A DNA stretch of 64,000 bases, taken from the NCBI GenBank assembly GCA_044440125.1, contig JBITAJ010000024.1, positions 1-64,000 of the forward strand. The letters are read 5' to 3'. Below are positions 31,298-39,468 of the stretch, piece after piece; position 1 is the first letter of the stretch; each line of letters opens with the position of its first letter. A model generated the notes under the pieces. That model did no database searches, was not told the origin of the DNA, and was given only the letters and a program-made list of their open reading frames with translations. The DNA is from Sedimentisphaeraceae bacterium JB056 (GTDB lineage Bacteria; Planctomycetota; Phycisphaerae; Sedimentisphaerales; Sedimentisphaeraceae). Both the position numbers and the translations under genes were made by a program.

Positions 31298-33013
31298 CCC
31301 CGTCCCGTATCATTTGAATTTGGGTTAAAACACAAGGGTTTGTAGTGGATACGAATAATTCTTATAGGATTAGGGGGAGAAATGGCAAAAGTGAGCTTAT
31401 GGTAGCCTAAAGATGGGTTCTGGCGGTGTTTCAAAACTCATCGGTGCCTAATTTTCATTGGAATTTTATAATTTTGGAGCAAATTTAAAAGTTAAAAATT
31501 GCTCTAAATTTCTTCGGCAGTATCATTGTGTTTATTATGAGACAAACATTAAGATTATTCACTGCATTAATGACGGGCCTGACTGATAAAGGAACTCAAG
31601 CAGCTCTATTAAATATGCAAAAATCGATTGATTATTGTATCGAGGAAAACCGAGTTCTGCGAGAGCTGTTGGAACAGAATTATGGCTGCAAACGAATCAT
31701 GCTTACCGACAAGCAAAGAAGACAACTTGCGAAAAAAGGATACGCACTCGGCAAGCATATTTTAGCCGATGTTACGGTGCTATTTCAACCATCTACAATT
31801 CTTGGTTGGTATAGAAAATTAATCGCTCAAAAATATGACAGCTCTAAAAGTGGACGTAAATCCGGAAGACCAAGAGTAACTGCTGAGAAGATAGAGAATG
31901 TTTTGCGTATTGCAAAATCTAATCCATCCTGGGGATATGATAAAATAGCGGGAATTATGGCTTATATCAATCTGCCACTTAGCCGTTCAACTGTTAAACG
32001 TATTCTTGACGATCACGGCATCGTACCAGAGCCAGATTTCCAAAAACGGGTTACTTGGAAACAATTCTTAAAATCGCATCTTGATGTCATTTCGGCTACG
32101 GACTTCTTTACTGTTGAATTACTGACCAAGCGTGGTTTAGTGAGATGTATGGTATTGTTCTTTATCGATATTGGAACCCGTAAAGTAGAGATAGCTGGCG
32201 TCAAATGTAACCCCGACGGCCAATGGATGCAGCAAATAGCTCGCAATATTACTGACCCTTTTGATGGTTTTCTAAAAGATAAGCGATATTTAATACACGA
32301 TAGAGACAGCCTTTACACCACAAGATTCGATGAGATACTGGAAAATTCAGGCGTTGAAGTCGTGGAGACTTCAGTGTGTGCTCCGAACATGAACGCATAT
32401 GCAGAACGATTTGTTCAAACTATAAAGCAGGAATGTTTGGACAAAATGGTATTGACCAGCCAAAAGCAACTTGAATATGTTATTGAACAATTTATGGAGC
32501 ACTATCATCATGAAAGGCCACATCTTGGACTCGGCGGAAAAATCATAGCTCCTCTGCCGCAAGATAAATACGGTGAAATTGTAGAATTTCAGCGGCTTGG
32601 CGGCTTACTGAAATCATATCGCAGAGTCAAAAAAGCGGCATAGAGAAGGTTTATGACTTTTGGAACACCGCCAGAAGCACTAAACATAAGCTAAAAATGG
32701 CAATAGTTCACAAATAGCGATTACTGTTAACTCAAAAGAAAAGCAAAGCATGATTTCGTAATAATTCAAGCTGATTTTAACCAGAAAACGATAGCTTAAG
32801 AAAAATCAAAAAAGATTTGACACTCTCTATTTTTGAGAGCATAAAGCTTCACAAACTTAGAATACCTCAAAACAGCCTTTTCGTAAATACCATATTTGCA
32901 GATATTTGCAAAAACAGAGACTTTTTCCAAACAAGGGTAATTCGATTTTACCACCCCCGATGAATTTTTGTGTTAACCCGAAAAACATTTCCACATACGC
33001 GTATGGAACGGGG
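31298..33013 (+). mobile_element. rve/DDE integrase-type IS element with outer and inner inverted repeats
   Basis: Outer ends CCCCGTCCCGTAT (31298-31310) and GTATGGAACGGGG (33001-33013); inner 24-bp IR 31418-31441 / 32653-32676 (22/24 match). The left end coincides with the IS91 truncation point. Confidence 0.75.
31528..32643 (+). CDS. Integrase core domain (rve) DDE transposase, IS481/IS3-like
   Basis: GRP and NPSWGYDKI HTH; catalytic ATDFF, IHDRD, AERFVQTIKQE; YHHERPH; C-terminal RLGGLLKSYRR..AA. Start may be ATG 31537. Confidence 0.9.
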   Translation: MFIMRQTLRLFTALMTGLTDKGTQAALLNMQKSIDYCIEENRVLRELLEQNYGCKRIMLTDKQRRQLAKKGYALGKHILADVTVLFQPSTILGWYRKLIAQKYDSSKSGRKSGRPRVTAEKIENVLRIAKSNPSWGYDKIAGIMAYINLPLSRSTVKRILDDHGIVPEPDFQKRVTWKQFLKSHLDVISATDFFTVELLTKRGLVRCMVLFFIDIGTRKVEIAGVKCNPDGQWMQQIARNITDPFDGFLKDKRYLIHDRDSLYTTRFDEILENSGVEVVETSVCAPNMNAYAERFVQTIKQECLDKMVLTSQKQLEYVIEQFMEHYHHERPHLGLGGKIIAPLPQDKYGEIVEFQRLGGLLKSYRRVKKAA

Positions 33014-33018
33014 AGCTC

Positions 33019-33052
33019 AAGGTCAGCTGTTACGTACAGCTGACCTTTTTTT
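33019..33052 (+). terminator. Intrinsic terminator
   Basis: 12-bp stem AAGGTCAGCTGT / ACAGCTGACCTT followed by a T run. Confidence 0.8.
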
Positions 33053-33631
33053 GTTTACGCAGAGCGATATTATTCTACCGAGATACCAAAAGTACAATTA
33101 TCACACAAAGTCCTTGTTAAACAAGGGCTTACGGTTATTTTCAACATTGCAGCGTAAGAAGTCTTCGCAACAGAAAATTCTCTCTTCTTTTTAGGTTGTT
33201 GATATTCAGCCAGCCCAAGCATCTTATTTTGCCGTAAATCTCTCTGAATCTCTCTTAAAAGTTCTCTCTTTTCCGCACCCGTCCCACTCGTGCATCTTCA
33301 AAAACCATCCTTTTTTACCTTTTCAAAAATTTGTTTAACAACCGCATTCTCTTCGTACCCTTACCTGCGCAACGCTTTGTTAACTTTTCGGGTATATAAT
33401 ACATGTGCTTGTATTGCCTTAGTATTTTATCAACTTCTGCCTGGCTGTTTTCCTGACTCAAAGAGTAAGAGATCGCAGGCTCTTTTTCCGGAGAACTTGC
33501 CTTAATGAACCAACATATTTCTTACCGTAAAAGACGGGAACAAATCATCAATATTCTGTGCCGTGGTATCCGTCGTTTGGCCGATAAAGACATAGAACTC
33601 AAAGACACAAAAACCTCTAAAAAACTCTCTC

Positions 33632-33713
33632 AATCTCCGTTAACTTAACTTGATACTTGGCTGGCTTTATGGCTTAATTGCTTTGTAAACAGATAGTTAA
33701 GTTAACGGAGATT
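33632..33713 (+). promoter_or_regulatory. Putative promoter of the DUF2924-recombinase operon enclosed by a perfect 19-bp inverted repeat
   Basis: AATCTCCGTTAACTTAACT (33632-33650) / AGTTAAGTTAACGGAGATT (33695-33713); TTGATA (33650-33655)-17 nt-CTTAAT (33673-33678) with TG extension; the right arm holds the GGAG RBS. Confidence 0.7.
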
Positions 33714-33717
33714 CATT

Positions 33718-34197
33718 ATGATGGCAATAGAACGACAGAAAGAAAAACTCAAAGATTTATCACTCTCAGAGCTGAGAACAGAGTACGAGAAAGTGTTTGG
33801 AGAAATTACTACCAGTCGTCATCGACACTATATTATCAAGCGTCTGCTTTGGAAAATTCAGGCTAATGAGCAGGGAGATTTATCTGCCAGAGCATTAGTC
33901 AGAGCAGCCAAACTTGCAGACTTCTCACAAATAAGGCTTACTGAGCCTAAGTCAAAAAGTCAAACCATTAAAAAGCCGATCAATTTTAATCTATCCCTGC
34001 AAAAAGAAGAGGACTCTTGTGGTTTCCAACTTGAGCGAATTTATAAAGGAAAACGGATTGTTGTAACAATGACTGATAACGGTGTACGGTTTAACGGCAA
34101 GCTTTACAGGTCGCTTTCTGCCGTTGCCAAAGAGGTTACCGGTACTCATACCAGCGGCAAAGCATTCTTCGGTTTAACAAAGAGAAAGGCAAACTGA
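33718..34197 (+). CDS. DUF2924 domain protein
   Basis: LSELRTEYEKVFG..KRLLWKIQ..GDLS; LERIYKG; YRSLSAVAKEVTGT..SGKAFFGL; TGATG-coupled to the recombinase. Confidence 0.88.
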   Translation: MMAIERQKEKLKDLSLSELRTEYEKVFGEITTSRHRHYIIKRLLWKIQANEQGDLSARALVRAAKLADFSQIRLTEPKSKSQTIKKPINFNLSLQKEEDSCGFQLERIYKGKRIVVTMTDNGVRFNGKLYRSLSAVAKEVTGTHTSGKAFFGLTKRKAN

Positions 34198-35735
34198 TGG
34201 AAAAACAAAAGAAAATAAGATGTGCTGTTTATACACGCAAATCTACTGAAGAAGGCTTGGAGCAGGAGTTCAATTCGCTTGACGCTCAGAGAGAATCTGC
34301 TGAAGCATATATTATAAGTCAAAAGTCCCAAGGATTGGTATGTCTCGATCAACATTATGATGATGGAGGATATACCGGGGGTAATATGGACAGACCAGCA
34401 TTAAACAGGCTCCTTGAAGATATAGACAATGGACTTGTAGATTGCGTGGTAGTCTATAAGGTTGACCGGCTTAGCAGAAGCCTTATGGATTTCGCAAAAA
34501 TACTTGAGGTATTTGAGAGGAAGGATATTTCATTTGTTTCTGTAACACAATTATTCAACACTACCAATTCAATGGGTAGACTTACTTTGAATATCCTTTT
34601 ATCCTTTGCTCAATTTGAAAGAGAAGTGATATCTGAAAGAACCAGAGACAAGATAGCCATGGCCAGAAAACGAGGTAAATACACCGGTGGCAGACCTGTT
34701 CTGGGATACGACATATCACCTGAGAGAGGCAAGCTCATTGTCAATGAAGCAGAAGCAAGGACAGTTAATCAGATATTTGAATTTTACCTTAAAAACAGAA
34801 GTTTATTAGCCGTAGCTGATGAGATGGAAATTTTAGGTTTGAAGACTAAAGCCTGGGTAACAAGAAAAGGTAAACCGAGAGGCGGTGAAGAATTCAACAA
34901 AAAGAGAGTGCAGGCAATCCTCAAAAACCCTCTTTATATTGGCAAAATAAGTTATAAAGACAAGCTTTATGATGGTGAACATCAAGGTATTATAGACAAA
35001 CAAACTTTTGAGAAAACACAAAGAATACTTTCTGAAAATAGGCAGATAATAAGAACCGACCAGCCCAATCGTCATGGCGGTCTGCTTAAGGGCTTACTTA
35101 AATGCAAAGCCTGCGGTTGCGGTATGGGACATTCTACTACCAAAAAGGTATCAGGCAAAATATACCGATATTATGTATGTCAGAATGCAATTAAGAGAGG
35201 CTGGAACAAATGTCCACATCCTTCTTTGCCTGCAAGCGAGATAGAAAGGTTCGTTATTGATGAAGTAAAAGCAGTAGGTCTTGATGATGGGCTTATTGCA
35301 GAAGTAGCGGAAAAATCTATTGCCAACACAAAACAGGACATTAAAGAGCTCAAAAGTCGCCTAAAACATTTAATACTTCAATCTGACAAAGAAAATAAAC
35401 GTCTTCAGTCTATGCTTCTAAGTGATACGACAGAGGAACAATTAAATATTGTTCGTGAGCAATTAGCGATAACTGAGCGGCAGATTAGCGAGGTTAAAGT
35501 CAGGCTTGAGAAACTTGAACAGAACTGTCTTAATCCAAATGAAATAAAAGAGGCTTGTTTAAGATTCAATCCTATCTGGGATACATTAACAACACAAGAG
35601 CAATGGCAGATGTTAAAGCTGCTTCTGGAAAAGGTGGAATTTGATGCAGACGATGAAAGCATAAGTCTTACCTTTGCTCCCGGCGGGATTAAGATGCTGA
35701 ATGAGGATGTTTTAATTGAGGATGACCAACTATGA
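34197..35735 (+). CDS. Large serine recombinase (resolvase + recombinase + zinc-ribbon + coiled coil)
   Basis: CAVYTRKST catalytic Ser; YDDGGYTGGNMDRPAL; VYKVDRLSRS; FAQFERE..SERTRD; NPLYIG; LLKCKACG...YYVC...C. Confidence 0.95.
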   Translation: MEKQKKIRCAVYTRKSTEEGLEQEFNSLDAQRESAEAYIISQKSQGLVCLDQHYDDGGYTGGNMDRPALNRLLEDIDNGLVDCVVVYKVDRLSRSLMDFAKILEVFERKDISFVSVTQLFNTTNSMGRLTLNILLSFAQFEREVISERTRDKIAMARKRGKYTGGRPVLGYDISPERGKLIVNEAEARTVNQIFEFYLKNRSLLAVADEMEILGLKTKAWVTRKGKPRGGEEFNKKRVQAILKNPLYIGKISYKDKLYDGEHQGIIDKQTFEKTQRILSENRQIIRTDQPNRHGGLLKGLLKCKACGCGMGHSTTKKVSGKIYRYYVCQNAIKRGWNKCPHPSLPASEIERFVIDEVKAVGLDDGLIAEVAEKSIANTKQDIKELKSRLKHLILQSDKENKRLQSMLLSDTTEEQLNIVREQLAITERQISEVKVRLEKLEQNCLNPNEIKEACLRFNPIWDTLTTQEQWQMLKLLLEKVEFDADDESISLTFAPGGIKMLNEDVLIEDDQL

Positions 35736-36121
35736 GTAGATATACATTAAAAAGAAAAGTTCATTTCCAAAGCGCATTAAGAACACAGAAGAAAATCAAA
35801 AAAGGCAAGGCTCCAGAAAAATATACTACAAGAATTCAAAGAATAAGCAAACTGATGGCGTTGGCTGTAAAATTTGATTTTATGCTCAAAAGAGGTGAAT
35901 TTGAAGATATGGCCCAAATAGCCAGAAACACACAGGTAACACGAGCCAGAATAACCCAGATAATGAATCTCAATCTATTAGCTCCATCAATACAAGAAAT
36001 GCTGCTGTTCCTGCCGGAAACCGACAAGGGCAGAGATGTTGTTACGGTCAGGGACTTGCAGAAAGTGGCACTTGAGCCGGACTGGGCCAAGCAACAGACT
36101 ATGCTTACTGGATTACTGTAA
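35732..36121 (+). CDS. Recombinase-associated HTH protein
   Basis: MAQIARNTQVTRARITQIMNLNLLAPSIQE..DW..Q resembles the C-terminal segment of DUF2924-linked recombinases; ATGA overlap. Confidence 0.7.
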   Translation: MSRYTLKRKVHFQSALRTQKKIKKGKAPEKYTTRIQRISKLMALAVKFDFMLKRGEFEDMAQIARNTQVTRARITQIMNLNLLAPSIQEMLLFLPETDKGRDVVTVRDLQKVALEPDWAKQQTMLTGLL

Positions 36122-36161
36122 ACACTTGCTATTAAACGGTTTATTGTCAACAAAACGTGTT

Positions 36162-36224
36162 CTTTTAGCTTGATAAGTGTGGGAAAGTATGGCATATTGG
36201 TGCTGTAAGGTTAAGGGTTAAAAG
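36162..36224 (+). promoter_or_regulatory. Putative promoter of the amidoligase operon, homologous to the 33650 promoter
   Basis: TTGATA (36170-36175)-17 nt-CATATT (36193-36198); shares CTTGATA-N12-TATGGC-N10-TGTAA with the 33650 site. Confidence 0.65.
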
Positions 36225-36267
36225 CTTGCCCTTAAACGAGTTAAGAACTTTTACAAGGAAAGAAACA

Positions 36268-37167
36268 ATGGATTTGAGAGATATTAAATTCGGCATTGAA
36301 ATAGAGACGGTCAAGCAAAGCAGAGAACGGATAGCGTGGGCGATTCATTCGATAGTCGGCGGTACGGTCAGCTATGTGGGTGAGCCTTCATGTTACGACC
36401 CATGGGAGGTAAAAGATATAAGCGGCAGACGCTGGAAAGTAATGGCTGATTCATCACTTTCGAACGTACCCTTTAATTTAAGAGCAGAAGTTGTAAGTCC
36501 GGTATTAAGCTATGAGGACCTTGAGCAGCTTCAGGAGGTAGTAAGAGCCGTAAGACGATGCGGGGCCAAAATAAATAGACAATGCGGCATACACATACAT
36601 ATCGATGCTTCACATTTTGACGGCAGAAGACTTGGAAACCTTGCCAAAATAGTTTACAAGCAAGAACCTCTAATCCTGCATGCCCTTGGGATAAGGCAGA
36701 ACAGATTGCAGCGATATACCAAACCGGTAAGCGATAACCTTATAAGGCAGATAGAGTCCAGCAGGCCTCGGACAAAAGATGAACTTAACCGGATATGGTA
36801 TGGCTATGAAAACAACAGGCCCCATCATTACGATTCGTCAAGATACCATGGAGTTAATCTTCATAATGTATGGTACCGGGGGACTGTGGAGTTCCGCTGG
36901 TTTGAAGGAACTTTACATGCAGGTAAGATAAAGGCATATATTCAATTTTGTCTGGCTCTTGCGGCTAAGGCGATAAACGCAAGGAGTGCTTCAAGCCGTA
37001 AACGAGAGTTCAGTGCAGAGAGTGCCAAATATGATTTTAGAGTTTTCCTTCTTCACCTTGGGCTTATAGGAGCTGAGTTTAAGACCGCAAGAATGCATTT
37101 AATGAAAAACATGCCCGGAAGTGCGGCATGGAAGAATCCTAATAGACGTATAGGAGAAACGGCATGA
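36268..37167 (+). CDS. Putative amidoligase (COOH-NH2 ligase type 2, glutamine-synthetase-like fold)
   Basis: [46 protein letters not shown]. Start ATG 36268 follows an AAGGA RBS. Confidence 0.9.
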   Translation: MDLRDIKFGIEIETVKQSRERIAWAIHSIVGGTVSYVGEPSCYDPWEVKDISGRRWKVMADSSLSNVPFNLRAEVVSPVLSYEDLEQLQEVVRAVRRCGAKINRQCGIHIHIDASHFDGRRLGNLAKIVYKQEPLILHALGIRQNRLQRYTKPVSDNLIRQIESSRPRTKDELNRIWYGYENNRPHHYDSSRYHGVNLHNVWYRGTVEFRWFEGTLHAGKIKAYIQFCLALAAKAINARSASSRKREFSAESAKYDFRVFLLHLGLIGAEFKTARMHLMKNMPGSAAWKNPNRRIGETA

Positions 37168-37475
37168 AGATAACGATTCATTCAACAACATTTAACGGCA
37201 AACCTTTAGAAACAGACAGCGAGAAACTTGAGGGGAGAAATGCCCTCGAGCTGGTCCAGATAATGGCAAGCCAGACGCCCTTCACCGCCGACGGCACCAC
37301 CGAGGATTATATGGCCGGTGTGCTGGCTCAAATCGGTGAGGAGGTAAAGCCCTGCACCCCAGAGGAGTTCCTGAGCATCTTAGCCCGCAGGCGGCTGATT
37401 GAGTTTTTACCCGACGATGCGTATATTGAACCGGTAGAAAGGAGAGAAAACGAATGTGCGGACAAGCAGGTGTAA
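37164..37475 (+). CDS. Small acidic hypothetical protein in the amidoligase operon
   Basis: 103 aa; GGAG RBS; ATGA overlap with the amidoligase stop; overlaps the GATase start. Confidence 0.7.
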   Translation: MKITIHSTTFNGKPLETDSEKLEGRNALELVQIMASQTPFTADGTTEDYMAGVLAQIGEEVKPCTPEEFLSILARRRLIEFLPDDAYIEPVERRENECADKQV

Positions 37476-38248
37476 TCTTCGGCAAAAAGAGGCGGCGTAA
37501 AGCCGACAGGCAGGCGTTAGGCGAGCTATTCACGCAGATGCTACTTGGATGCCAGAGACGCGGTCCGCACGCCACAGGGCTCGCCCTCGTGCGAAATTGC
37601 GGCAGCTACCGGCTATTCAAGCGACCCTGCCTTGCTGAGGAATTTGTCACCGAGCCAAACTACGAGAACATCCTTGAGGCTATCGATAATAATGTAACCG
37701 CCCTTCTTGGTCATACGCGATGGCGTACAAGAGGCTCTGAGAAAGACAGCCGTAACAATCACCCGCTCCGTTGCGGTGTAATCCTCGGCACACACAACGG
37801 CACAATCTACAATGCCAATGAATTATTCGCAGTACTTGGTTTGCCGCGGTTCGCACAGGTTGACAGCGAGATAATATTCCGGCTGGCCGATAGGTTCACG
37901 CCGCAGGCAGAGATAAACCTAGAAGGCTTTTCCAAAGCACTGCGCCTATGCCGTGGGCAGATGAGTGCCGTTCTGGTCTCACTGCTTGACCCCGAGCGAA
38001 TAATCGTTATAAAAGGCAATAAACCCCTGAGCCTGTTCTACAGCCAAAGGCACAAGGTGATTTGCTATGCCTCAGAGGCGGGTTATATTACGGATGTAAT
38101 AGATAAACAAGACAACTGGCAGGAACTTGAAACAAAGCCGAATACGATACTGGAGTTCAACTTCAAAGACTTGGAGAACTACAAATCGCGACCATTCAAA
38201 TTCATCGCACAACAAAGAAAACCACTGACAAGGAATTCAGCCATATGA
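37454..38248 (+). CDS. Class II (Ntn) glutamine amidotransferase-domain protein, stand-alone
   Basis: N-terminal MCG nucleophile; RGPHATG; LGHTRW.T.G; NNHP; HNGTIYN; VDSE. Confidence 0.9.
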   Translation: MCGQAGVIFGKKRRRKADRQALGELFTQMLLGCQRRGPHATGLALVRNCGSYRLFKRPCLAEEFVTEPNYENILEAIDNNVTALLGHTRWRTRGSEKDSRNNHPLRCGVILGTHNGTIYNANELFAVLGLPRFAQVDSEIIFRLADRFTPQAEINLEGFSKALRLCRGQMSAVLVSLLDPERIIVIKGNKPLSLFYSQRHKVICYASEAGYITDVIDKQDNWQELETKPNTILEFNFKDLENYKSRPFKFIAQQRKPLTRNSAI

Positions 38249-38703
38249 TAAGCATATTCGTTTACGGCACACTAAAGCAAGGCTACTGCAACCACAACCG
38301 CTACTGCCGTGGTGCGGCAAGCATAGAAAAAGCAAGCGTCTGGGGCAGGCTCTACGCCTTACCCCAAGGTTACCCAGGCCTAATAGTCCCCAAAGAAACC
38401 ATCTTCGCGACCGGCACAACCAACCCGAACGCCGACGCAGAGCTGCAAAACTCAACGAAGCTTGAACACCAGACCCTCACCAAACCAACCGGCGACTGGG
38501 ACAAAATCACCGGCGAACTAATAACCTTCGCCGACCCAGCGATAAACCTGCCGCCAATCGACCGCTTAGAGTCTTTTAATCCCGGTGGCTGGAGCCTGTA
38601 TGAACGAGTCCTAATCCCCGCCGAAACAGCTGGAGCCATACGGTCTGTGTGGGTCTATGAATATAAGCAAGAGATTTGCGGCAGGCGGATAGTGAAATAT
38701 TAG
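38245..38703 (+). CDS. Gamma-glutamylcyclotransferase (AIG2/GGACT-like)
   Basis: IFVYGTLKQG..NH; GYPGL; GEL; IDRLE; YER; WVY; ATGA overlap. Confidence 0.9.
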   Translation: MISIFVYGTLKQGYCNHNRYCRGAASIEKASVWGRLYALPQGYPGLIVPKETIFATGTTNPNADAELQNSTKLEHQTLTKPTGDWDKITGELITFADPAINLPPIDRLESFNPGGWSLYERVLIPAETAGAIRSVWVYEYKQEICGRRIVKY

Positions 38704-38932
38704 TTTACCGATTTTTTACTGGGGCAGAAAGTTTCTGATAAAATTAAAGTCTCGCAGACGTTCATATAAGCAGTCAGCGACGGTAGAAGCTAAGTTACTC
38801 AAGAAACAAACGATTTTCCTCAATGAGATAGTCAATAGACTTCTGTATATGTAGCAGAGCAGACTTAACATCGTTGCCACTAAGTCATACAATCAAAGCC
38901 TGAAGTAAATTCTATGTCAATCGTCGTATCAT
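38704..38932 (-). pseudogene. Decayed 5' fragment of an rve integrase, paralog of 31528..32643
   Basis: From ATG 38932: MIRRLT*NLLQALIV*LSGNDVKSALLHIQKSIDYLIEENRLFLE* aligns with LFTALMTGLTDKGTQAALLNMQKSIDYCIEENRVLRE. Confidence 0.8.
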
Positions 38933-39173
38933 GGTCTCTGATTTTATCAAATACCCAAAATTCAGCAAGAATGACTTTCAAAGCTGCAGCTAATTGTATA
39001 ATGCCTCTTACTATTAGAGTGTTATTTTTTTGAAACGGTGCTAAGAATATCGTTTAAAGCATCAAAATTGCACTTTTACTGTTTTCGATATTCTATCCAT
39101 CAAATATATAAGACTTTTCATATTTCCTTCTAAGAGACAAACATTTATAGTTTTTTTCGAATGGAATAGAGAG
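38704..39173 (-). mobile_element. Degenerate third copy (left part) of the rve element, inverted relative to 31298-33013
   Basis: Integrase remnant; TTTTGAAAC..GC inner-IR relic near 39030; CACTTTTACT shared with 8530-8539; terminal GAATGGAATAGAGAG (39159-39173) resembles GAATGGAACGGGGAG. Confidence 0.6.
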
Positions 39174-39177
39174 GGGT

Positions 39178-39325
39178 TGCAAACTCCACGGCATAGACCC
39201 GTACGCATACTTCAGCGATATGCTAAAAAAAATAAGCACCCACCATCCAGTCAAAATAAAAACAAAAAGATAATAAGTAAACCCAAATCAAATCCCCAAA
39301 GACATGTACTTACTCGAAACCTTAC
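39178..39325 (+). mobile_element. IS66-family remnant (transposase C-terminus and right end)
   Basis: Translates CKLHGIDPYAYFSDMLKKISTH, an IS66 TnpC C-terminal motif; ends in ...CTTAC (39321-39325), complementary to the IS66 GTAAG terminus. Confidence 0.7.
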
Positions 39326-39468
39326 CTTTCAACTAAAGTGTACGATCCTCAATGCCTTACGGCAAAATTGTATCATATTACCAATTTGCGCAAAAAACTT
39401 GCAAAAAGAGGGGATATAATATAATATTATCGTAGAATATAATTCATAAACTTAACAGGATATGAGAT

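Noticed and set aside
33718..38703. Prophage call
   Set aside because: No terminase, capsid, tail or lysis genes present.
39060..39125. Short minus-strand ORF MKSLIYLMDRISKTVKVQF with RBS, briefly considered a NYN/PIN remnant
   Set aside because: Needs a frameshift and stop repair to resemble the motif; better explained as the decayed left end of the rve element.
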